From positions 13,764,001-13,828,000 of the forward strand of contig OZ024762.1 in assembly GCA_964016885.1 (NCBI GenBank): 64,000 nucleotides of DNA, written 5' to 3'. The translations under genes and the position numbers were made by a program. This document shows, piece after piece, positions 52,877-64,000 of the stretch; positions within the stretch are counted from its first letter, which is position 1; each line of letters opens with the position of its first letter. Source of the DNA: Eledone cirrhosa. Its lineage: Eukaryota. The notes beneath the pieces were generated by a model, which did not search any database, was not told where the DNA came from, and saw only the letters and a list, made by a program, of their open reading frames with translations.

Positions 52877-53214
52877 ATTATATAATAAACAGAGGATGTA
52901 CGTTTAAATCTGTCTCTCTTCTTTATAATATCGACACAACGGTTGATAACCTTATTGATAATATTTTAAGGAATACAAGACGTAGAGTGCTTTAGATCTT
53001 TACGACAAAATTCGGTAGATTATATATATATATATACATATATATGGACACACACACACACACACTCTTTCTCTTATATATATATATACACATACACATA
53101 TACATACATGTGTACACACGTATGTATATATCAAAAGTGAATATAGATGCGGTGTTTTTTTTCTTCTCCGAATTCTATGTCTATGTATGCATTAAAGTAT
53201 ATACATATACCTAC

Positions 53215-53309
<95 letters not shown>

Positions 53310-53586
53310 TTTGGTCGAGTACCAAGAAACATCAAAGTGAAGTATTTTGCTGAAGACTATGTCTTTGATTCCTCCATATCCAATATAATTCCACCACCAC
53401 TTAAACACAATATTTTCTCTCTGTACCAGTCACGCAATACCTCAAGCAATTCTCTCTCTCTCTCTATCTCTCTCTCTCTCTCTCTCTTTGACTCTGTCTG
53501 GCTGGCTACCTCCCCCCTCTCCACCTCCTCCTCTGTTTGCTTCTCGCTCCTCCTCTCTCTGAGAGGATTATTTTCTGCTTCTATCA

Positions 53587-53716
<130 letters not shown>

Positions 53717-54396
53717 CCTGTTTGTGTATATGTGCATATGTGCCTTCATACACACATGGAGAGAGTTGAGTGTATGTACACACACACACACAGAGACATA
53801 TATATATATACTACACTTTATTCTACTTAACTACATCTAATATACGAGAAATACGACGCCTCAACACCACCACCACCGCCACCCCCGCCACCATTACCGC
53901 AGTAAATACTTACAAACAAGACCAACAAAAACAGCCGCAAGCAAACAAATTTTCTTTTAAATCGCTCCTTACTATCTTTAAACAAAGGAAGAATATATTC
54001 CAAGCTACACAATGCCAGAACAGTAACAACAACAACAACAACAAATATATATATATATATGTATATAAATAACTAAAACATTCTTTGATCATATCCCTGC
54101 TTAATCAGGATCACCTAGGGCTTGAACACAGCAACAACAACAGAAACAAGAGCAGTATTCCTATTTAGAACTGAAGCTTCACTAAAACCTAGACTCTGGA
54201 GGAGGTTGATGCAGTGATTACTGTTCTTGATTCACGATCAATAGTTGGTAGGTTCGATCTCTGGACCGAGTAACTTGTTACATTCTTCTGACCAAGATAG
54301 TTGGTTTTATGGTGGTTTTCATGTTTAGAGTGAGGCCCTTCTCAGTAAAATTCCTGTAATACCTCATGGTATGTCAGCTAAGCCTGCATGTATATA

Positions 54397-54442
<46 letters not shown>

Positions 54443-54574
54443 AAAAGAGTCACGATCCCGAGTGCTGAACAGATTAAAGTTTAAGCAAAGAATCGCTGCT
54501 TTCACCCTTAACGGGATCTTCTGAAACTTCAGATTTTAGTCTTCACATTTATTATTACCATTATATATCTCTAT

Positions 54575-55330
54575 CTAGGGCGGGTAAAATTCCCGAGATC
54601 CATGGACGAGTTCTCTCCAGCGGTCTCTGTTCCTCATTATCGCTGCCATGTCCTGCGTCTCCAACAGACCAGTGTCTGTCCTTAGGGCATCAACATACGT
54701 TAACCTTGGTCTTCGTCTTCCAGTGTGTCCATGTAGGGGCTCCCACAGGAGCACTGAGTGCACTGTCAACTCTGGATGTCGGTGAGCATGTCCAGCTAAC
54801 CTCAGTCTCCTCTGTGTCACTTTTGAGCTGACTTTTGGGAGGCTCTCGTACAGCTCTGAGTTCTTCATCTTCAGTGTATACTGATTAATGTTCAGAGCCA
54901 TCCTCAGCATTCTCGTGTAGCGCCCATCCATCATCTGAGTGAGTTTCTTGGTCAGTGTCCAAGTCTCAGACCCGTACAGCAGCACAGACTCCACTTACAG
55001 CAATGAAGAGACGGATTTTCAGGTCTTTATGAAGGTCCGACTTCCACACCGATCTCAAGCTGTGGCACGCCGCCCAGGCTTTGCTCTTCCTCTCAACCAC
55101 ACCATCTTCCGTATTCCCTATCTTGGCTCCCAAATACAGGAAGTCCTCAACCAATTCTAGCTGCTTCCCGCCTACATTAGTAATCCCCTCTGGCTTCTCA
55201 ACATTCTCTACCAGATATTTTGTCTTAGTCTCATTCATTCTCAGCCCCACACTCATCGACACAGTCCCAACCTCCCGCATCAAATCCTCTGCCTCCTTCA
55301 CTGTATTTGTCACCAAAACTATGTCGTTGT
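54575..55330 (-). pseudogene. RTE-clade LINE ORF2 fragment (RT C-terminal part), 5'-truncated and frameshifted near 54995
   Basis: NDIVLV...GLRMNETKTK...VEDFLYLGA...KIRLFIAV / ESVLLYGSETWTL...RRLRLAGHAHR...RRPRLTYVD...RDRWRELV. Confidence 0.92.
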
Positions 55331-55352
55331 GTTAAGGCGAAACAGATATCAG

Positions 55353-55389
<37 letters not shown>

Positions 55390-55777
55390 GCACATTATAT
55401 ATATATATATATGTATGTGTATATATATATATATGTATATATATATATGTATGTATGTATGTATGTATATATGTGTGTGTAGAGCGTGTGTGTAGAGCGT
55501 GTGTGTGGACACACGACCTGCTAGAAATACGTATTATATCTACTTGTAATTTGGAAGGACAAATGGGATAATAAGGCGGAGAATACAATTACTGAAAAGT
55601 AAACAAAAGGTGGGATGGTCATATCTGGAATACATTGAATAATTAATCGACTTGAGAGTGAGCTTCAGGCTAAACAATAACAACAACAACAACACGACCA
55701 CAACAGCGATATTACAGTGATGTTACATATACAAACATGGACACACACACACACACACACACACAGACACAGACACA

Positions 55778-55835
<58 letters not shown>

Positions 55836-55927
55836 CACATATATACATAAGTATATACACATATATACACTCACATACAGTGGATGCTAAACAGATTAAA
55901 TGTAAACAAGAAAGAATCATATATATA

Positions 55928-55966
<39 letters not shown>

Positions 55967-56099
55967 CTCACACACGCACTCTTACTCTAGCCCCCCCCCT
56001 CTCTCTATATATGTTTATATAAACAAACACACCCCCACACACTTGCATTTTACCAACAGCAGTGTGTTGCCAAATCTGCTCAGATCGAGGACAACAGTG

Positions 56100-56131
<32 letters not shown>

Positions 56132-56132
56132 G

Positions 56133-56179
<47 letters not shown>

Positions 56180-56365
56180 TTATATATAATCTAAGACAAA
56201 ACAACATAGTTATATGTACTTATATATATATATATACATATATACATATATACATATATACATATATACATTTATATATAATCTATGTACATATATATAT
56301 ATACATATATACATTTATATATAATCTAAGACAAAACAACATAGTTATATGTATATATCTATCTC

Positions 56366-56407
<42 letters not shown>

Positions 56408-56821
56408 GTAAGACGACAGAATATAATTATATATATATAATGTATATATATATATATATATATATATAATGTAAGACGACAGAATATAATTATATATATA
56501 TAATGTATATATATATATATATATATATAATGTAAGACAACAGAATATAATTATATATATATATATATATATGTGTGTATATATCTAAGACAAAAGAACA
56601 CCCATCATAGAGTTTATGATGGCATGCCTGAGGAAGTTGTTGAGGTCTTCGAGAAGAGTCTTCTTCAGCACTTGAGATCTTCTATTTCTCCAGAGTCTCA
56701 GAAAAACCTGATTAACTCGGCAGCTGTTGGGTTACGTTAGGAAAAAAATCTCAACATGGAACCTGCAGAAAAGAGCGGCCATATTTAGGTTGTATTTTCT
56801 TATGCAGATATGTCGTTAGAC

Positions 56822-57344
56822 TGATGATGATGATGATGATGGTAGTGGTGGTGGTTGTGATGGTAGTGGTGGTTGTGATGGTAGTGGTGGTGGTGATTGT
56901 GGTGGTGGTGGTGGTGTTGGTGGTGTTGGTGGTGGTGTTGTTGGTGATGGTGATTGTGGTGGTGGTGGTGGTGATGGTGGGGTTGATGGTGATGGTGATT
57001 GTGGTGGTGGTGGTGGTGGTGATGGTGGTGTTGGTGGTGGTGTTGTTGGTGATTGTGATGGTGGTGGTTTGTATTGGTAGTGGTGGTGGTGGTGGTGTTG
57101 TTGGTGATTGTGATGGTGGTGGTTGTGCTGGTGGTTGTGATGATAGTGGTGGTTGTGGTGGTGGTGTTGGTGGTGGTGTTGGTGGTGTTGGTGGTGGTGT
57201 TGTTGGTGATTGTGATGCTGGTGGTGGTGTTGTTGGTGATGGTGTTGTTTTTTGATTGTGGTGGTGGTGGTGATGGTGATGGTGGTGGTTGTGTTGGTGG
57301 TGGTGTTGTTGGTGATTGTGATGATAATCGTGGTGGTGATGATA

Positions 57345-57376
<32 letters not shown>

Positions 57377-57660
57377 GATGTGGTGGCGGCGATGATGATG
57401 ATGATGATGATGATGATGACGGTGGTGGTGGTGGTGGTGGTGGCGGTGGCGTGATTTATTACTAATTATTTTAATGTAAGCACGTGGTATAATGGTGATG
57501 ATGGTGGTAATTGTGATGATGATGATGATGATAATGGTGGTGGTGTTGGTGGTGTTGTTAGTGCTGGCGATGATGATGATGTTTGTGGGTGATGTTATTA
57601 TTGTTGTTATTGTTACTGCTGCTCCCCCTAGTGTTGATATTGTTGTTGCTGTTAAGGCTA
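56822..57660. repeat. (GGT/GAT)n tract
   Basis: Seen directly. Confidence 0.92.
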
Positions 57661-57871
57661 TTGTCACTCTATCGAAACATGTGTAAGGAATAGAAATATC
57701 TGCTGGTGTGATAAAGTAAAAGAGTGCTCAATGAAGGAATAGAGCTGGTTTGTATTTACATTGATACATGTATGAACATAAATAGATAATACATACATGT
57801 GTATATATATATATATATATATATATCAGAGAGACAGAGAATGGGGAACAAGTATATATATATATATATAT

Positions 57872-58059
57872 ATAGGAACAAGTAAGACCCCGACGGCTGA
57901 GCTCAAGCCGTTTCGACGGCTAATTCTGGAATTAGCCGTCGAAACGGCTTGAGCTCAGCCGTCGGGGTCTTACTTGTTCCTATTACCCACTCTACTACCC
58001 TAAGTATTGAGTACTTTGGTGCGTTATGGTCCACCTGGTTCCTTACCACATTTCCTTCG

Positions 58060-58061
<2 letters not shown>
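57872..58061 (+). mobile_element. Fold-back half-hammerhead element, family E (perfect palindrome 57872-57983 plus tail)
   Basis: 55-bp perfect arms around TG (57927-57928); (TA)n on both sides. Confidence 0.9.
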
Positions 58062-58126
<65 letters not shown>

Positions 58127-58130
58127 GAGG

Positions 58131-58372
58131 TTATATTTAATCTGTTGGGATTCAACAAGCTTAAACATTTTTATAACTGATATAAAGCACTCAACAGTTG
58201 CTTCAACTGTTAAGGTTGTCTTTTTTCCGTGTATATCAATATTTATTTATAAAACAAATCTGTATTTTATCTGATGAAAGCGCACCATAAAGTGCCTTGG
58301 TTGCCCTTGAAATATATATAATAAAATCAATATGGTTTTATAAATATAGTTTCCATTTATTAATATATTGTA
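58131..58372. mobile_element. Family B element, rearranged (reversed tail piece plus one arm)
   Basis: 58134-58198 is the reverse complement of the tail at 44915-44978; 58235-58370 matches the arm at 44762-44896. Confidence 0.82.
58263..58327 (+). ncRNA. Type I hammerhead ribozyme, intact core
   Basis: ATTTTAT-CTGATGA-AAGCGCACCA(loop)TGGTTGCCCTT-GAAA-TATATA-TA-ATAAAAT. Confidence 0.83.
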
Positions 58373-58379
58373 TATATTA

Positions 58380-58497
58380 ATCTGAGTTCAAATCCCACCG
58401 AGGTTAACTTTGCCTTTCATCCTTACGGGGTCGATAAAATACAGTACCAGTAATGTGCTGGGTAATTGCTGGGCTTGTTCCTAAAGTAGACACAATT
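58380..58497 (+). mobile_element. SINE, 5'-truncated
   Basis: TCTGAGTTCAAATCCCACCGAGG...AAAGTAGACACAATT. Confidence 0.9.
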
Positions 58498-58576
58498 AAT
58501 ATATTGTATATATATATATATATATATACGTATATATATATATACATATATATATATATTTATGTATGTATATACG

Positions 58577-58609
<33 letters not shown>

Positions 58610-58630
58610 TTATTTATGTATGTATATACG

Positions 58631-58661
<31 letters not shown>

Positions 58662-58673
58662 GTATGTATATAC

Positions 58674-58721
<48 letters not shown>

Positions 58722-58926
58722 GTATGTATATACGTATATATATATATATATATATATATTTATGTATGTATATACGTATATATATATATATATATATATA
58801 TTATGTATGTATATACGTATATATATATATTTATGAATGTATATACGTATATATATATATTTATGAATGTATATACGTATATATATATGTATATATATAT
58901 ATACGTATATACATACATATATATAT

Positions 58927-59537
58927 GGTCAGGTCACCACTTGGTGCTACTGGTAACATGTATCCCAGTACAACCTGTCTCATGGTCGGGTCGTTGGCGA
59001 CTAAACTGGCAACCCCACCAAGGTTTCTTGGTGAGGAGGGTGGCTTTGGACATCCTGCAGGACTAAAAACAAAACCTGTCAAAAGGCAAAGGGGCTCTTA
59101 AGAGTCAATAGCCATCCAAAATCACCGGGAGAGATGACCCCTTAGCCTTTGTCAAGGCAGAATTCTAGGAGAAGGAAAACTCTGATATAACACCTGCAAC
59201 CCTGATGGTATCCAATGATGTTGAATTGTTCTTCTTTTTGGTAAATATCATCTTGGTTAAGAGAGTGGGACTGGCTTTGTGCAGTGCCTTTGCTCACTAT
59301 AAAAGTTTCACAGCACAGGCATTGCTTTATATCTGGAGATCTCTCTGCACTTGTCGTCACATGGTACCATGGGCCCAGCACTATGTGTCAATAATTGTCA
59401 CAAGTGTAGTGTTTGTACCAGAGTTTTCAAGTCGCTGGTTGGACTAAAAAGTCACATTCGTTCAGCGCATTGGTAGGGGTTCTCCTACATGGATATAAAG
59501 TAGTGGCCGTACTCGAAAACGAGTTGGCAGCCACCAT
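58927..59537 (+). mobile_element. Internally deleted (bipartite) RTE-type element
   Basis: 5'UTR-like CTAGGAGAAGGAAAACTCTGA motif (from recall), then C-terminal C2H2 [23 protein letters not shown] and 3' hairpin CTCGAAAACGAG, inserted in a TA-rich tract. Confidence 0.7.
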
Positions 59538-60115
59538 ATATGTATGTATATACGTATATATATATATTTATGAATGTATATATGTATATGTATATGTATA
59601 TATGTATATACGTATATATATATGTATGTATATACGTATATATATATATTTATGAATGTATATATGTATATGTATATATGTATATATGTATATGTATATG
59701 TATATATGTATATATGTATATGTATATGTATATATGTATATATATATATGTATGTATATATGTATATATATATATGTATGTATATATGTATGTATATATA
59801 TATGTATGTATATATACACACAGTTCAAGAGTAACCAATCTTAAAGAAAGAGATGGAGAGTTAGATAGGAGAGGAGAGATTGGTGAATTAGTTAGAAGCC
59901 AAAGCGTAAAGGCATGTGCTCAATGTGCAATATGCAGTAGAAAGCAGCTAGGTGGCTGGGTTCATGCAGAGGTTAGGCGCGCAGAGCTGTAAATATTCAT
60001 TAGTTAAGCAAAACAAGACCACAAACTTCACAAGGAAGACATTATTAAAAGATTGTCAACATATTTCAGTTTGATGTAAGGAATGTAGAGAATAATAATA
60101 ATATAGCTTAACTAA

Positions 60116-60184
<69 letters not shown>

Positions 60185-60241
60185 AGAGAGAGAACAACAC
60201 TTTTCGTACCTCTGTCTGTTGTCTTTGAACTGACACACACA

Positions 60242-60318
<77 letters not shown>

Positions 60319-60496
60319 AGTGAGTGTGTTCTGTTATTAATCCTATATTTTTGACCGTTGGTCAGTCAATGGCAACATTGAGGACCGAATAAATTAAATT
60401 ACCTATATAAAAGACACAGAAGCGAAAACCAACCAAACAGTGAGTGTGTTCTGTTATTAATTCTGGCAATTTTACACAAATATGACCCTCCCCAAG

Positions 60497-60543
<47 letters not shown>

Positions 60544-60901
60544 AATGGTGTTCCGTTTTGAAGAAATAAGACAAACTTCTTAGTAGGATCTGAAGAATAC
60601 ATCACCGAATGCAACAGAATTAGTCCTTTCAAAGTCACATCTCAATTAAATTAGATGGGAAGAAAAACTGAGGAATGAATCCCAGAGGTCTCCTGGTTAG
60701 AACTTATTCCTCACATCATAAAAACGGCTCAGGATCAGTGGATCGGTGAATGATTGGGATAATAATGATAGTGAAAGTGATGATGATGGTGGTGGTTTCT
60801 GATTACATTTATTGGCCACTAGGGGGCGAAAAGTTCTAGGGGACATTACAAAAACTTTTTAGATAGTGCATGGGTTTAAATGAAATCAAATGATGAGGAA
60901 A

Positions 60902-60955
<54 letters not shown>

Positions 60956-61074
60956 GTGTGTTTGTGTGTGTGTATATATATTCATAAATATGTGTGTTTG
61001 AGACAAATTGGTTAACTTTGCCTTTCATCCTTTCGAGCTCGATAAAGTACCAGTGAAGTACTAGGGTTGATTCT

Positions 61075-61109
<35 letters not shown>

Positions 61110-61137
61110 ACGAATAACAACTACAATAAGAAAAAAA

Positions 61138-61712
61138 ACTACACTACACCAGACCACAGCACACCACACCACACCGCACCAGACCACACCACACCGCACC
61201 AGACCACACCACACCACACCACACCACACCACACCACACCACACCACACCACACCACACCACACCACACCACACCACACCACACCACACCACACCACACC
61301 ACACCACACCACACCACACCACACCACACCACACTAGACCACACCACACCACACCACACAACACCACACAACACCACACCACACCACACCACACCACACC
61401 ACACCACACCACACCACACCACACCACACCACACCACACCACACCACACCACACCACACTAGACCACACCACACCACACCACACAACACCACACAACACC
61501 ACACCACACAACACCACACAACACCGCACCTGACCACACTACACCAGACCACAGCACGCCGCACCAGACCACACCACACCATACCACACAAAACCACACC
61601 AGACCACACCGCACCAGACCACACCACACCACACCACAGAACAGCACACCGCACTAGACCACACCACACCACACCGCACCGCACCGCACCACACCACACC
61701 ACACCCCACCAC
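61138..61712. repeat. (CACCA)n pentanucleotide tract
   Basis: Seen directly. Confidence 0.95.
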
Positions 61713-62019
61713 ATCACTTAACCATCGGTGATCTGTGATCACACACAATATAACCGGAAGCAGTTCACATACATGGTGAGAATGAAAGAAGTAAAAAATA
61801 AAAGAAAAAAAGACTAAACGTCCATCTTGATTTCCTCTGAGATGATATAACTTACATCTTTACAATCGGCCATTGCTATATTATTCAATATCTCACACTT
61901 TACTTTTATATTGGACATGTTTTTTTTTTTAGCTTGTTCAACTTTAGAGATACACTTTGTTCTACAGTGTCTGGCATATTTGATATTCTCATTAATTTAT
62001 TATCATCGTTGTTATTATG

Positions 62020-63000
62020 GTTTAGTAGTGTCGGTAGAGCGTCAGACACCATGCTTTGCAACACAGAGTTATAGCCCTGTGCGTACTGTGTTCAAAATCC
62101 GCCGAGGTTAACTTTGCCTTTCATCCTTACGGGGTCGATAAAATAAAGTACCAGTAATGTACTGGGATAATTGCTAGCCTTGTGCCAAAAGTAGATACAA
62201 TTATTATGATTATTTTCTTGGACTCTCACTCATTAATGTTATTTTGGCAGTATCAGTAGAGGGTCGGACATCATGCTTTCCAGCATAGTTACGTCCCTTT
62301 ACGATCTGAGTTCAAATCCCGCCGAGGTTGACTTTGCCTTTCATCCTTACGGGGTCGATAAAATAAAGTACCAGTAATGCACTGGGTAATTGCTGGCCTT
62401 GTGTCAAAAGTAGAAACAGTTATTTAATTGGAAAGTTGGTTCAAATGAACAACAAGCTGCTACCTGCAGCCTCAGATATTCAGGACGTATCGGAAGGTTC
62501 TTGCTGTTTCCAGCAAGCATGCCTTTTGAAGTGTTGAAATCCTGCCGAGGTAAGCTTTGCCTTTTATCCTTACTGGGTGGATAAAGTAAAGTACCAGTAA
62601 TGCACTAAGGTCGATAACAACTCCCCTTCCCCCCAAAAATATTCTTGGGCTTGTGTCTAAAGTAGAAACCATTGTTATCATAGTGCAGTGGGTTGTGTTG
62701 TCAGAATCGGAAGAGCGTCGGACAGCAAGCTTTTGTGGCATCTTTACGTTCTGGTTTTAAAAAAAAGCTGAGGTTAAATTTAACTTCCAATAATTAAGGG
62801 GTCGATAAAATAAAGTACCAGCAACACACTGGGGTCGATGCAATACGAATCCCCCCCCCCCCATAAAAAAAAACATAACAAAAAAACACAACAAAAGATT
62901 GGTAGAATTGTGCCAATATTTGATAGAAATTATTATCACCTTTGCAGTGGCCGATAAAAGAAAGTAGCAGTAATCATACTGGGATCGATGCAGTTTGAGA
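62020..63000 (+). mobile_element. Cluster of 4-5 same-orientation SINE copies (62020-62205, 62244-62423, 62535-62672, 62685-62850, remnant ~62940)
   Basis: Repeated GATAAAATAAAGTACCAG central domain. Confidence 0.88.
62425..62540 (-). mobile_element. R4/Dong-like LINE extreme 3' end
   Basis: Minus ISTLQKACLLETARTFRYVLNI* resembles the LQKxxLLGTARILRxVL C-terminus of R4-type ORFs (from recall). Confidence 0.65.
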
Positions 63001-63405
63001 CCTCACCCCCCCCCCCCGACGAAATATAAGAACTTTGGTAGAATTGTTAATATTAGATAGAATTCTAATCATCTTCGATCAGTTATATTGATATCGATGG
63101 AAGTTTATCATATTAGAGAAGTTGTGGCTTGAGAGAAGTATAAAAATAGGATTTAGTTTGACTGTAATTGGTGCATTTAGACACAAAGGAATATGGGTGT
63201 GTGTCTGTGTTTATATATATATATATATATATGTGTGTGTCTATATATATAATGTGTGTGTATTTATGTGTATGTGTGTCTATATGTATATATGTGTATA
63301 TATATATGTATTTATATGTATATGTATGAGTATATAGGTATGCATATAAGTGATTATATACTCATGACTATATAAAGTGTGAGGTGCATGTATTTATATT
63401 ATATC

Positions 63406-63455
<50 letters not shown>

Positions 63456-63675
63456 AATATATACTGCTCACACACACACACACACACACACGTACGTACA
63501 TACATACATACATACATACATACATACATACGCACACACGCACATACGCACACATGCACATACGCACACACGCACATACGCATATATATACACACACACA
63601 CATACACACATACATACATACATACATACATACATACATACATACATACATACATACATACATACATACATACAT

Positions 63676-64000
63676 AAAAACTGCCACCAAATTAAAGCAC
63701 AACCGGCCTGATATTGTTGTTTGGGACCACACATTGAAAACGTGTTCTGTTGTGGAGATCAGATGCCCACTTGGTGTAAACGTTGTCAGAAAAATACAGG
63801 AGAAGGAGGACATCTACGGACCATTGATGGGGAGTTTATAAATCCAGTATCCAAGATACACCTTTAGCTTCATACCCATCATTATTGGTGCTACGGGTTA
63901 TATACCAACCCGCTTGGACCAAAGTATGACTGAACTTGGATTTGCGGACAAAGAGCGCAGCTCCCTAATTCATGGTCTACAAATGGTTGCGATAGCTGGC
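63676..64000 (+). pseudogene. R4/Dong/NeSL-type LINE restriction-like endonuclease domain, 5'-truncated, in-frame stop; runs off the window
   Basis: KHNRPDIVVWD...SVVEIRCP...NVVRKIQEKEDIY...*...FIPIIIGATG is a PD-(D/E)xK-type RLE signature; begins immediately after (TACA)n. Confidence 0.85.

Noticed and set aside
54495-54530. Minus CAGAAGA-TCCCGTTAAGGGT-GAAAGC hammerhead-like relic
   Set aside because: Core is mutated and helices I and III are not evident; too weak to call.

Overview
Microsatellite-saturated, AT-rich eukaryotic non-coding DNA, either a large intron or intergenic. The dominant tRNA-derived SINE and the repeat landscape suggest an octopus or other cephalopod genome (inference). 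No intact protein-coding gene is supported, and nearly all listed ORFs are microsatellite artefacts. Recognisable content: many SINE copies, three RTE-clade LINE remnants, two R4/Dong-type LINE fragments, Tc1/mariner-type MITEs, and minisatellites, two of which are amplified pieces of retroelements. The main discovery is a set of several families of short non-coding inserts, mostly in or beside (TA)n tracts, carrying hammerhead ribozyme cores (CUGANGA...GAAA...UH). Several are long fold-back palindromes with one hammerhead on each strand plus a one-sided tail, resembling non-autonomous Penelope-like (PLE) or retrozyme-type elements. One family retains only the GAAAC-helixIII-GUC half. All folding was done by eye.
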